A stretch of 64,000 bases of DNA from Myxococcales bacterium (lineage in GTDB: Bacteria > Myxococcota_A > Polyangia > Polyangiales > DASUME01), in assembly GCA_047601445.1 (NCBI GenBank), contig JASGJH010000001.1, positions 8,320,001 through 8,384,000 of the forward strand. The letters are read 5' to 3'. Shown here piece after piece: positions 1 through 9,056 of this stretch. Each line of letters begins with the position of its first letter. Positions within the stretch are counted from its first letter, which is position 1. The notes under the pieces were generated by a model. It did not search any database. It had not been told where the DNA came from and saw only the letters and a program-made list of their open reading frames with translations. The translations under genes and the position numbers were made by a program.

Positions 1-327
1 TTGCTGGCAGGGTCCGCGACGGGCCAGTGCAGTCGCGTCGCCTTTCCGAGGAAGGCCGGGCACACCTCCTCGGCGCACAGCGTGATCACGAGGTTCACCT
101 GCGTGGGGTCGATTTCTTCGACGGAACTTCGAGTGGTGGTGCGCGATGTCGATGTCGAGCTCACCCATCACCTGCACGGCGTACGGATGGACCCGCGAGG
201 GCGCGCTGCCTGCACTTTGGATCAGAAAATGGTCGGGCAGCATGGACCGCGCCAGACCCTCGGCCATCTGGCTGCGCGCGGAGTTCGCCACGCAGAGGAA
301 AAGGATGCCGGATGCCTTGTCAGCCAT
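1..327 (-). CDS. arsC: Arsenate reductase ArsC (LMW-PTP fold), second tandem copy; runs off the window edge; +1 frameshift at ~125-126
   Basis: Manual translation gives [24 protein letters not shown]...HHHSK. Removing one extra base continues [41 protein letters not shown], collinear with the 338-799 copy. Absent from the ORF track. Confidence 0.85.
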   Translation of the reverse strand, partial: MADKASGILFLCVANSARSQMAEGLARSMLPDHFLIQSAGSAPSRVHPYAVQVMGELDIDIAHHHSKFRRRNRPHAGEPRDHAVRRGGVPGLPRKGDATALARRGPCQQ

Positions 328-337
328 ACTCAATCTC

Positions 338-799
338 TCACCTGGCTCGCGCGTAGGGGCTTGGGGGCGCTCGAATCCCTCGCTCCGCGCGCCAGTTCTC
401 GATTCGCGCGCGGATCTCCTCGCGTACGCGGCGGAACCGCTCGAGCAGCTGCTCGTGCGTAAGCGCCGGGTCCGTGCTGGCGGGATCCGTCACCGGCCAG
501 TCCAGTCGCGCGACTTTGCCGAGGGAGGCGGGAATCACCTCCTCTTCACACAGCGTGATCACGAGGTCTACCTCGGCGGGATCGATGCCGTCGACGGACT
601 TCGCGTGTTGCCGTGTAGAATCGATTTCGAGCTCACGCATCACTTGCACGGCGCAGGGATGGACTTGAGTGGGCGCGCCGCCCGCGCTCTGGATCAAGAA
701 GTGGGCTCCAAGCAGGGTGCGCGCCAGGCCCTCGGCCATTTGGCTACGCGCGGAGTTCGCCACGCACAGGAACAGGATTCCGTATGCCTCGTCGGCCAT
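338..799 (-). CDS. arsC: Arsenate reductase ArsC (LMW-PTP fold)
   Basis: P-loop [17 protein letters not shown] and W..DP motifs; GGAGG RBS upstream of ATG 799; directly downstream of acr3. Confidence 0.92.
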   Translation of the reverse strand: MADEAYGILFLCVANSARSQMAEGLARTLLGAHFLIQSAGGAPTQVHPCAVQVMRELEIDSTRQHAKSVDGIDPAEVDLVITLCEEEVIPASLGKVARLDWPVTDPASTDPALTHEQLLERFRRVREEIRARIENWRAERGIRAPPSPYARAR

Positions 800-801
800 G
801 C

Positions 802-1899
802 TCAACCTCCTACCTGGCCTGCGGCCAGGGGCTGCACCTCATGCCCAGGCATGGCGAAAAGGCGCCGCGCGCGCAACGCGAGGCCGACCAGCGCCAACAG
901 CACGGGGACCTCCACCAACGGGCCGATGACGGCCGCGAACGCTTCCCCACTCTGGATTCCGAAGCTTCCGACCGCCACCGCGATCGCGAGCTCGAAGTTG
1001 TTGGAGGCTGCCGTCAGAGATAGCGTGACGGCCCGAGCATAGTCGGCGCCGACGGCGCGGCTCGACCACAGCGATAGGCCGAACATCACGCCGAAGTAGA
1101 GCAGCAAGGGGAGGGCGATGCGCAGGACGTCGGAGGGGAGCTCGAGCATGGCGTCACCCTTCAGGGAAAACATGACCAGGATGGTGAACAGCAGGGCCCA
1201 GAGCGTGAGCGGACCGATGCGCGGCAAGAAGCGGCTCTCGTACCAGCCGCCTCCGCGCCGAGATACGAGCACCTTGCGCGTCACGAAACCCGCCACGAAG
1301 GGTACGCCGAGATAGAGCCCAACGCTGGCTGCGATCTCTCCCATGCTCACATCGACGATGGCGCTCTTCAGCCCGAGCCAACCCGGCAGCAGCCCCGCGA
1401 ACAGGTAGGCATAGGCCGGAAAGAACAGCACCTGGAAGATGGAGTTGAAGGCCACGAGCCCCGCGCAATAGACCGGGTCACCGCGCGCGAGGTCGTTCCA
1501 CACCAGAACCATCGCGATGCAGCGCGCCAGACCGATGAGGATCAAGCCCAACATGTAGTCGGGTCGGTCCCGCAGAAACACCACCGCCAAACCGAACATC
1601 AGCAGCGGCCCCACCAGCCAGTTCTGCAGCATGGAGAGCAGAAGCACCTTGCGGTCGCGGAACACCTTGCCGAGCTCCTCGTAGCGGACCTTGGCGAGTG
1701 GAGGGAACATCATCAGCACGAGGCCGACCGCGATCGGCAGCGAGGTGGTGCCCACGCTCATGGCTCGCAGCGCGTCCGGCACCGCCGGGATGAGGCGCCC
1801 CAGCGAGACGCCCGAGGCCATGGCGAGAAAGATCCACCACGTCAGGTGGCGGTCGAGGAATGAGAGTCGATCTCGAAGCACGACAGGAGGCTCGGTCAT
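802..1899 (-). CDS. acr3: Acr3-family arsenite efflux transporter
   Basis: [46 protein letters not shown] and GPLVEVPVL signatures; about 10 hydrophobic segments. Confidence 0.96.
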   Translation of the reverse strand: MTEPPVVLRDRLSFLDRHLTWWIFLAMASGVSLGRLIPAVPDALRAMSVGTTSLPIAVGLVLMMFPPLAKVRYEELGKVFRDRKVLLLSMLQNWLVGPLLMFGLAVVFLRDRPDYMLGLILIGLARCIAMVLVWNDLARGDPVYCAGLVAFNSIFQVLFFPAYAYLFAGLLPGWLGLKSAIVDVSMGEIAASVGLYLGVPFVAGFVTRKVLVSRRGGGWYESRFLPRIGPLTLWALLFTILVMFSLKGDAMLELPSDVLRIALPLLLYFGVMFGLSLWSSRAVGADYARAVTLSLTAASNNFELAIAVAVGSFGIQSGEAFAAVIGPLVEVPVLLALVGLALRARRLFAMPGHEVQPLAAGQVGG

Positions 1900-1943
1900 G
1901 GTCGCTTGTTCCAAAGAAGTCGAATTAGTGAACGCGCCGACGA

Positions 1944-2249
1944 TCAGCAGCGGCTCTTTCCTCGCTTACAGCAGTCTTCCCAGAGGTAGGCCGTGAGCGA
2001 CCGCAACGCGGCTAGCTGAGGCGCGTAATAGTGGAAGGTGCCTTCGCTCCGCGTGGTGATCAGGCCTGCTTCGAGCAGGCGCTTGAGATGATGGCTGAGC
2101 GTGGATGCGGGCAGATCCACGTGGGCCTGGATGTCGCCAGCCGAAGTGCCTTCCGGGCCGCCCTGCACCAGGAAGCGCAATACTGAGAGCCGCACGGGGT
2201 GGCCCAGTGCACTCAACTGTTCCGCATGCTGCTCGAGCTTCGAGCTCAC
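1944..2249 (-). CDS. arsR: ArsR/SmtB repressor with C-terminal Cys-Cys-X6-Cys
   Basis: ALGHPVRL...[14 protein letters not shown] wHTH; ends [11 protein letters not shown]; heads the ars operon. Confidence 0.92.
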   Translation of the reverse strand: MSSKLEQHAEQLSALGHPVRLSVLRFLVQGGPEGTSAGDIQAHVDLPASTLSHHLKRLLEAGLITTRSEGTFHYYAPQLAALRSLTAYLWEDCCKRGKSRC

Positions 2250-2346
2250 TTGGTGCTTCTATTATTTTCGAAGTAGCTTGGCAAGAGGAACTGATTTTCT
2301 GCGCCCGCGAGCCGCGGTCGGCGTCTTGATGGTCGGAGGTCACGAG

Positions 2347-3201
2347 ATGACACAGCGAGCCAACCAGGATGTGCGGGCAGAAGTGCGCGAGGTGTATGGC
2401 CAAATTGCCCGGGGAATGAAGCCGAGCTGCTGCGGGACGGGTGGTTGCAGCGAAACGGCGGCGAGCCTGGCCCTCGGCTACTCGCGCGAGGATCTACTTC
2501 GGGTCCCCGAAGGCGCCGATCTGGGCCTGGGCTGCGGCAATCCGCAGGCCACGGCGGCGCTGCGGCCAGGAGAGGTAGTGCTGGACCTCGGCGCTGGCGC
2601 GGGTTTCGATTGCTTCCTGGCCGCCTATCAGGTGGGGCCCACCGGGAGCGTCATCGGAGTCGACATGACCCCCGAGATGATCGCGAAGGCTCGCCACAAC
2701 GCCGAGCGCACTCAGCTTGCAAACGTGGAGTTCCGACTGGGGGAGATCGAGCACCTGCCGCTGGCGGACGAGGCGGTGGACGTCGTGCTCTCGAATTGCG
2801 TGATCAACCTGAGCCCCGACAAGGCCTCCGTGTTCCGCGAGGCCTTTCGCGTGCTCAAACCCGGCGGGCGTTTGGCCATCTCGGACGTGGTGGCGACCGC
2901 GCCGATTCCTAGCGCGCTGGCGCAGCAGCTGAGGGCGGCGACTGCCTGCGTCTCGGGTGCGACCGAGCTTGCGACGCTCGAGGCGCTCCTGGTGGCCGCC
3001 GGCTTTCAGGAGGTGCGCATCGTCGTGAACGAGCAGAGTCGCGCCTTCATCGCGAGCTGGCTGCCGGGCTCGGGAGCCGAGCGCGCCATCGCGTCGGCGA
3101 GCATCGAAGCTCGGAAGCCAGCAAGCAACTGCTGCGTATCGACCTGCTGCGTCGACGCCGGCAATTCGGCGGACGAGCAGAACGGCGAGGCACCAGCATG
3201 A
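2347..3201 (+). CDS. arsM: Arsenite S-adenosylmethionine methyltransferase
   Basis: SCC, GLGCGNP, VLDLGAGAGFD, SNCVINL and ACV conserved Cys; GGAGG RBS at ~2335. Confidence 0.93.
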   Translation: MTQRANQDVRAEVREVYGQIARGMKPSCCGTGGCSETAASLALGYSREDLLRVPEGADLGLGCGNPQATAALRPGEVVLDLGAGAGFDCFLAAYQVGPTGSVIGVDMTPEMIAKARHNAERTQLANVEFRLGEIEHLPLADEAVDVVLSNCVINLSPDKASVFREAFRVLKPGGRLAISDVVATAPIPSALAQQLRAATACVSGATELATLEALLVAAGFQEVRIVVNEQSRAFIASWLPGSGAERAIASASIEARKPASNCCVSTCCVDAGNSADEQNGEAPA

Positions 3202-3839
3202 TCGAGGCACACGCACGTCAGGCATGGCGCGAGCTGAGGGAGCAACTGCGGCCCTACGTGGCGCGCCGGGTACATTCCTCCGCGATCGACGACGTGTTGC
3301 AGGAGACCTTCCTGCGCCTGCAGCGGGGACTCCCTACTTTGCGCGAGGAGGATCGCTTCGGTCCCTGGGTCTATCGCGTCGCCCGCAGCGCCATCGCAGA
3401 CCACGGCAGGCGGGTAGCCCGGGCGCCCCGGTCCTGGGAGGGCTCCGACGAGACGGTGGATCCGCGGCTGGACGTGCAGGCAGGCGAAGAGGTGGAGGCC
3501 TTGTTGGCTGCCCAGCTCGGGCGCTTCGTGGCTCTGCTGCCTACTCCCCAACGCGAGGCCTTGACGCTGGTCGAGCTGCGGGGGTTGACGCTGCGAGAGG
3601 CGGCCGAGCTACTGGGCGTCACGCCGACATGTGCCAAGTCGAGGGTCCAGCGCGGGCGCGCCCGCCTGCGCGAGCTGCTCGAGCTCTGCTGTCGTATGGA
3701 CCTGGACGCGCGGGGGCGCCCCCTTACCTGTGAGCCTCGCACCGAGAGTCCGCTCGCCCAGGGCTGCGCCTGCCAGGGGAGTCCCGATGCAAAGCCGTCG
3801 CGGATTGCCGCGCAGGCTTTGCGCGACGGGGAGAACTGA
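3198..3839 (+). CDS. sigZ: ECF sigma factor, SigZ-like, with Cys-rich C-terminal extension
   Basis: DDVLQETFLR, W.YRVAR..IADH and KSRVQRGR regions; tail CC...C...CAC; ATGA overlap with arsM. Confidence 0.8.
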   Translation: MIEAHARQAWRELREQLRPYVARRVHSSAIDDVLQETFLRLQRGLPTLREEDRFGPWVYRVARSAIADHGRRVARAPRSWEGSDETVDPRLDVQAGEEVEALLAAQLGRFVALLPTPQREALTLVELRGLTLREAAELLGVTPTCAKSRVQRGRARLRELLELCCRMDLDARGRPLTCEPRTESPLAQGCACQGSPDAKPSRIAAQALRDGEN

Positions 3840-3853
3840 CGCAAGTCCTGCGC
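3810..3853. promoter_or_regulatory. Paired palindromic enhancer boxes, pair 1
   Basis: GCGCA-GGCTT-TGCGC (3810-3824) and ACGCA-AGTCC-TGCGC (3839-3853). Confidence 0.65.
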
Positions 3854-4012
3854 TCCAGGGCGCGCCCTGGGGCTTGCTGTCGGGAGTGCTCCGACAACTC
3901 CCGTCCCGGAGAGCGCGCCGTCGCGGCGGTCCGGGGATCGCGGGCACTTGCTCCGGGCACCAGCGCCGAAGGTGATCAACCGCCGTCCCGCGACCCGAAC
4001 CGCGCCTGCAAA

Positions 4013-4027
4013 TGGTCCAAAGCGTGC
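4013..4027 (+). promoter_or_regulatory. Putative sigma54 promoter for the CBS gene
   Basis: TGGTCCAAAGCGTGC = GG-N10-GC, ~30 nt before ATG 4056. Confidence 0.5.
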
Positions 4028-4055
4028 ACCTCTGAACGCCGGGGCGGGGGGGATC

Positions 4056-4520
4056 ATGCGGGTGAGGGATGTACTGCGTGGGTTTGTGTATTGCTGTGGC
4101 GCCGACGATCCAATCGATATGGCGATTCGTTTGATGCGGGACCGCAAGGTGGCCTGCTTGCCGGTGGTCGACGAAGAGCATCGTCCGATCGGGCACTTGA
4201 CGGAGCGCGAGCTGAAGCACGCGCGGGCGCACTGGGGCGGAGCTCTGCTGGCCATGCCGGTGCGGCGGGCGATGGCCGTGCGACCACCGATTTGCTTCGA
4301 CACCGACCCGCTCCGGCACGCGAGGTCGTTGATGAGGACCTGGGATGTCGATCACGTCTCCGTGGTTGACGGCAGCGGAAGTCTGGTGGGCCTCGTGTCG
4401 CGCCGGGACACGTCCTGGATGCACGAGTCGGGGGTCATCCGGACCGACGCCGTGGAGACCCAAGAGGAAGAAGAAGCTTGCAGCTGTCCGCTCTGCTTTC
4501 GCCCGGTGCGTGTGGCCTGA
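4056..4520 (+). CDS. CBS-pair protein with C-terminal CxCxxC
   Basis: Two CBS repeats (LPVVDE..IGHLTERE; VSVVD..LVGLVSRRD); tail CSCPLC. Confidence 0.85.
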   Translation: MRVRDVLRGFVYCCGADDPIDMAIRLMRDRKVACLPVVDEEHRPIGHLTERELKHARAHWGGALLAMPVRRAMAVRPPICFDTDPLRHARSLMRTWDVDHVSVVDGSGSLVGLVSRRDTSWMHESGVIRTDAVETQEEEEACSCPLCFRPVRVA

Positions 4521-4542
4521 AGTCCCTGGGGGGCAAGCGCTT

Positions 4543-4557
4543 TGGCCCGGCCCTTGC
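4543..4557 (+). promoter_or_regulatory. Putative sigma54 promoter for the usp operon
   Basis: TGGCCCGGCCCTTGC. Confidence 0.7.
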
Positions 4558-4604
4558 TCTGCGTTCGATCGCCGCAAGCTCGCGGTGGTTGAAAGGACGA
4601 AATC

Positions 4605-5231
4605 ATGTCAGCGCAAATTCTCGAGCGCGTGGCCGTGGTGGGCGTGGACTTTTCCGACGCCGGTGACCTGGCGATTCGGCGAGGCCTCGCGTGGCTGGCG
4701 GCGCAGCCAGACCGCACGCTCCACCTCTTCCACGTGATCGATCCGCGAGACGTGATCGATGACCCCGAGTATCCGGCGTTGCTGACCGAGGCCGATGGAC
4801 TCGCGCTGGCCCCGGACATGCTCGGACAACGCGCGCTGGCGCTGGCCCATATCCATGGCTTGTCCCAGGACCTGCACCGAGTGAAGACCCACGCTCGCAT
4901 CGGGCGCGCCGTCGAGACCCTGTTGCAAGCCTGCGCGGACTACGGGGCCGACCTGTTGTTCGTGGGCACCCACGGCCGGCGCGGCATCGAGCGCCTGGTG
5001 CTGGGGTCGGTCGCGGAGACCCTGGTTCGCAAAGCCCGCTGTCCGGTGATCGTCGCGCGGCAGAAGGACTACTCGGGTATCGAGAAGACGCCTCTTCCCG
5101 ACGCTCCCTATGCAGCAGGAGAAGCGCGACCCACGCGCAGCAAGGCCGCTGGCTTCGAGCCTACGCGCAGCACCGAGAGCGATAGCTGGCACCCCTCTGA
5201 CAACGGTCCCACCGGCGTACGCATCGTCTGA
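4605..5231 (+). CDS. Universal stress protein
   Basis: VVGVDFS...GTHGRRGIERLVLGSVAETLVRKARCPV. Confidence 0.92.
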   Translation: MSAQILERVAVVGVDFSDAGDLAIRRGLAWLAAQPDRTLHLFHVIDPRDVIDDPEYPALLTEADGLALAPDMLGQRALALAHIHGLSQDLHRVKTHARIGRAVETLLQACADYGADLLFVGTHGRRGIERLVLGSVAETLVRKARCPVIVARQKDYSGIEKTPLPDAPYAAGEARPTRSKAAGFEPTRSTESDSWHPSDNGPTGVRIV

Positions 5232-5246
5232 CCCCGGAGAATCGGC

Positions 5247-6584
5247 ATGCACACCAGGAGCTGGAGAGCGCACTACGAGGCGCGGTCGTTGGGACCCGCC
5301 GAGGCCATTGCCTTGTTGAAGCCCGGGCAACGCGTGCTGATCGGATCGGGCGCCGCCGAACCGGTGACGCTCGTGAACGCCCTGGTCGAGCACGGTAGCC
5401 AGCTCGACAATGTGGAGATCGTGCATCTCTTGACGCTCGGGCCTGCGCCCTACGTGAGGCCCGAGTATGCCGGACGCTTCCGGCATCGTGCGTTCTTCGT
5501 GGGCGCCAACGTGCGTGAGGCGGTGCAAGCGGGGCGTGCCGATTTCGTGCCGATCTTTCTCTCGGAAATACCGGGATTGATCCGCTCGGGGAGGCTGCCC
5601 ATCGACGTGGCCTTGATCCAGGTGAGTCCGCCCGACGAGCAGGGTTACGTAAGCCTGGGCGTTTCCGTCGACATCGTGCGCGCCGCGGTGGACACCGCGC
5701 GCCTGGTCGTGGCCGAAGTGAATCCGCGCATGCCCTTCACCTACGGGGACTCGCGCATCCCGGTGACCAGCATCGCCGGCTTCGTGCATGTGGATCGCCC
5801 GCTCTTGCTCGCCGAGTGCAGTGAGCCCGGACCGGTGGAGCGCGCCATCGCGGGCCACGTGGCCAGCCTGGTGTCGGATGGCTGCACGTTGCAGACCGGG
5901 ATCGGCAAGATTCCCGACGCCGTGCTGTCGGCGCTGGGAAATCACCGGGATTTGGGCGTGCACACCGAGATGTTCTCGGACGGCGTGATGCGGCTCGCGC
6001 AGGCGGGTGTGATCAACGGGTTACGCAAGACGCTGTTGCCCGGGCGCATCGTCACCTCCTTCGTGATGGGCAGCCAGGCCCTGTACGACTGGGTGCACGC
6101 GAACTCCGCGTTGGAGCTCAGGGGCTCTGACTTCGTGAACGACCCGGCGGTGATCGCTCTCAACGACCGCATGATCTCCATTAACTCTGCGCTGGCCGTG
6201 GATCTCACGGGCCAGGTGGCATCCGATACCGTGGACGGCAAGTTCTTCTCGGGCATCGGCGGTCAGGTGGACTTCGTGCGAGGCGCTTCCCACAGCAACC
6301 AGGGACGCTCCATCATCGCGCTGCCGTCCACCGCCAAAAGGGGCACCGTGAGCCGCATTCAAGCCGTCCTCGAGGCCGGCGCTGGCGTGGTGACGAGTCG
6401 CGGCGACGTGCACTTCGTGGTCACCGAGTACGGCATCGCCGACCTTTGGGGCAAGTCGATCCGGGAGCGCGCCCACGAGTTGGTCCGCATCGCGCACCCC
6501 GATTTCCGCTCCGAGCTGTACGCGCGCGCCGTGGAGCGCCGCTACGTCACAACGAGCTGCGTCAGCGCAGTGGAGGAAAAATGA
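5247..6584 (+). CDS. Acetyl-CoA hydrolase/transferase family (4-hydroxybutyrate CoA-transferase-like)
   Basis: LQTGIGKIPDA, HTEMFSDG, SGIGGQVDF and VVTEYGIADL motifs. Confidence 0.93.
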   Translation: MHTRSWRAHYEARSLGPAEAIALLKPGQRVLIGSGAAEPVTLVNALVEHGSQLDNVEIVHLLTLGPAPYVRPEYAGRFRHRAFFVGANVREAVQAGRADFVPIFLSEIPGLIRSGRLPIDVALIQVSPPDEQGYVSLGVSVDIVRAAVDTARLVVAEVNPRMPFTYGDSRIPVTSIAGFVHVDRPLLLAECSEPGPVERAIAGHVASLVSDGCTLQTGIGKIPDAVLSALGNHRDLGVHTEMFSDGVMRLAQAGVINGLRKTLLPGRIVTSFVMGSQALYDWVHANSALELRGSDFVNDPAVIALNDRMISINSALAVDLTGQVASDTVDGKFFSGIGGQVDFVRGASHSNQGRSIIALPSTAKRGTVSRIQAVLEAGAGVVTSRGDVHFVVTEYGIADLWGKSIRERAHELVRIAHPDFRSELYARAVERRYVTTSCVSAVEEK

Positions 6585-7030
6585 CCCCGCTCAACAAGAT
6601 TATTTGTCCGATCGATTTCTCGCCAGGCTCGGACCACGCCCTGGGACGCGCCGCGGAGCTCGCGCGCGCCTTCGGTGCGGAGCTCGAACTTCTGCACGTC
6701 TTCCAGCTGCCCGTGCTGGCGCTACCCGACGTGCCTATCACGCTCAGTCCGACCTACGTGGCGGACTTGACTCAACGCATCCAGAAGCAGCTCGATCTGC
6801 ACGCGCGACAGCTGCGCGATCAGGGGCTGCGCGTGAAGACGAGCGTGCTCGAGGGGCCCGCCGCGGAGACCATCACGGATCACGCCAAGAAGTTCACCGC
6901 CAGCATGCTGGTGCTCGGCACCCATGGCCGCTCCGGCTTCAAGCGCTTCCTGCTCGGTAGCGTCGCCGAGCGCGTCGTGCGCCTCTCCAGCGTGCCCGTG
7001 ATGACGGTGCACCTGCCCGAAGGGGCGTGA
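6581..7030 (+). CDS. Universal stress protein
   Basis: KIICPIDFS...GTHGRSGFKRFLLGSVAERVVR; ATGA coupling to the upstream gene; GGAGG RBS. Confidence 0.93.
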   Translation: MTPLNKIICPIDFSPGSDHALGRAAELARAFGAELELLHVFQLPVLALPDVPITLSPTYVADLTQRIQKQLDLHARQLRDQGLRVKTSVLEGPAAETITDHAKKFTASMLVLGTHGRSGFKRFLLGSVAERVVRLSSVPVMTVHLPEGA

Positions 7031-7216
7031 CCTTAAGGCGGAAGGTCAAACCAGCTCGGTTCGTGTCGGTAAGCGTGGCCCTGGCCGTTGGCGCTCCCGT
7101 GATGGTGGCCGCGCTCGTGAGCGTGAACCAAATCGTGAGGGTGATCGACGCCCCCGCGCGCTCACGGCCGCGCCATGGCCACGGCGTCTCGCTCCACGGG
7201 TCTTGAACGCCCGTTC
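7031..7216. repeat. REP/MITE-like element, copy A, filling the gap between convergent stop codons
   Basis: Core TGGCCGTTGGCGCTCCCGTGATGGTGGCCGCGCTCGTGA (7082-7120) shared with 21681-21721, 21884-21924 and 42008-42041. Confidence 0.8.
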
Positions 7217-8622
7217 TCAAGCCTCGTCGGCTTCGATCTCCGACTCGCGCGCGTAGCGCTCACCCAGGCCCCACTCCTTGAGGCGGTACTGGATTTTGCG
7301 CCGGCTGATGTCGAGGATTTCGGCGGCGCGGGCGGTGGAGCCGTCCACCGAGTCGAGCGTGCGCATGATGGCCATGCGTTCCAGCTCGGCCAAGGTGATG
7401 CCCGGGATCAACAGAATCCAGACCTCCGCGCTCCTGTCCTGGCTGAGCAGGGGCGGCTCCCGGCAAGAGCTCGGGCGCGATCTCCTCTCCCTCGCACAGG
7501 ACCACGGCGCGCTCGATGGCATTCTCGAGCTCGCGTACGTTGCCGGGCCAGGGGTAGCTGAGCATGGCCTGCAGGGCTTCGTCCGAGAACCTGAGCGTGT
7601 CGCGCGCGTTGTCCTGGGCGAAGCGGCGCAGGAAGTGCTGAGCCAACAGCGGAATGTCGCTGCGTCGCACGCGCAGCGGCGGCACGTCGAGCTGCACCAC
7701 GTTGAGGCGATAGAACAAGTCCTCACGGAACAGGCCAGCTTTGACGCGCTCCTTCAGGTCGCGGTTGGTGGCGGCCACGATGCGCACGTCGACGCTCAGG
7801 GTCTCGTTGCCGCCCACGCGCTCGAACTGTTTCTCCTGCAGAAAACGCAGCAGCTTCACCTGCAAGGCGAAGGGGATCTCGCTGACTTCGTCCAAGAAGA
7901 GCGTGCCCCCGTGGGCTTGCTTGAAGCGGCCCTCGCGGCGGCCCAGCGCCCCGGTGAACGAGCCGCGCTCGTGGCCGAACAACTCGCTCTCGAGCAGGCT
8001 CTCGGCCAGGGAGGCGCAGTTGAGGCGCACGAAGGGCTTGTCCTTGCGCGGAGAGTTCTGGTGGATCGCCGCGGCGATCAGCTCTTTGCCGGTGCCGCTC
8101 TCGCCGTGGATCAACACGGTGGCCTTGCTGGCGGCCACCTGCATGACGGACTTGAAGTAGGCGCTGCATGGCCGGGTGTTCGCCCAGGATGTTGCTGACG
8201 CTGAAGCGCTGCTCGAGGCGGCCACGCAGCTCACTCGCCTCCCGTGAGAGTTGAGCCTTCTCACAGGCGCGGAGCACCAGCGCCGACACGGCCTCCATGT
8301 CGAGGGGCTTGGTCAAATAGTTCTCGGCCCCGCGCTTGATGGCCTGCACTGCGGTATCGATGGTCCCGAATGCGGTCATCACCACGAACGCCGCGTGAGG
8401 CACCAGCGAGCGGCCTTGCTCCAGCAGGGCCAGGCCATCGAGCACCGGCATTTTCAGATCGGTCAGCACCACGTCCGGGTCGAAGCTATCCAGGAGGCGC
8501 AGGGCCTGGGCGCCGTCCGCCGCGACGTCCGTGGTGTAGCCCTCGTCGCGCAGCAACTCGGCCAGTGCGTTGCGCGCGTTTACCTCATCGTCCACGACCA
8601 GAATTCGACCCTTAACCGCCAT
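7217..8622 (-). CDS. Sigma54-dependent response regulator, REC-AAA-HTH (NtrC/NmpR-like); two +1 frameshifts (~8155, ~7415)
   Basis: Three overlapping ORFs join into 467 aa after removing 2 nt: ILVVDDE...[30 protein letters not shown], Fis-type HTH. Confidence 0.9.
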
Positions 8623-8660
8623 GCCCACTCCAGTTTGACCGAAACCAGGCGAGCGACAAA

Positions 8661-8675
8661 GCAGCTAGCGTGCCG
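8661..8675 (-). promoter_or_regulatory. Putative sigma54 promoter of the NtrC-like gene
   Basis: CGGCACGCTAGCTGC on the minus strand. Confidence 0.6.
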
Positions 8676-8726
8676 ACGTCTCAGCGCCGAGAGCAAGCGA
8701 AACAGGGCCAAAAGCCGCGCGAACCG

Positions 8727-8771
8727 GCGCAAATCCTGCGCGACTGCCCCAGCGTTGCGCAGGATTTGCGC
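8727..8771. promoter_or_regulatory. Paired palindromic enhancer boxes, pair 2
   Basis: GCGCA-AATCC-TGCGC (8727-8741) and GCGCA-GGATT-TGCGC (8757-8771); exact inverted copies of each other, 30 bp offset. Confidence 0.75.
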
Positions 8772-8801
8772 CGATTTCGGGCTTCAGGGTGGCCGCGAGT
8801 A

Positions 8802-8816
8802 TGGCCTGTTCCTTGC
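8802..8816 (+). promoter_or_regulatory. Putative sigma54 promoter toward the globin-kinase operon
   Basis: TGGCCTGTTCCTTGC. Confidence 0.6.
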
Positions 8817-9056
8817 GAAGGCCTTCGCGCTGTCGTGCGTGTTCGGTACCCGTTCTGGTGGTGACCTTTGATCAAGCATCGTCGTGATTGGCCCCCCGGG
8901 GTGAAGGAGGAATCCGCCAATTTTGGCAGAGCGGCCGCCCGGCCTACACCCAGTGGCCTTTCGCCCGTCGACCAACCTGGCGAATCATGGCCAGTTGACG
9001 CCGCAGGTTGGCTCCGTGAAGCTTTGCCCACAACCGGAGTCACGGCGGGGTACGGG

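Noticed and set aside
7415..8156. Programmed frameshifting or phase variation in the NtrC-like gene
   Set aside because: No slippery heptamer or long homopolymer; the same doublet-insertion pattern recurs in unrelated genes
8868..9056. 63-aa N-terminal extension of the globin kinase in the ORF track
   Set aside because: Globin similarity begins at VQDQRFLEELK; the upstream part looks like leader sequence
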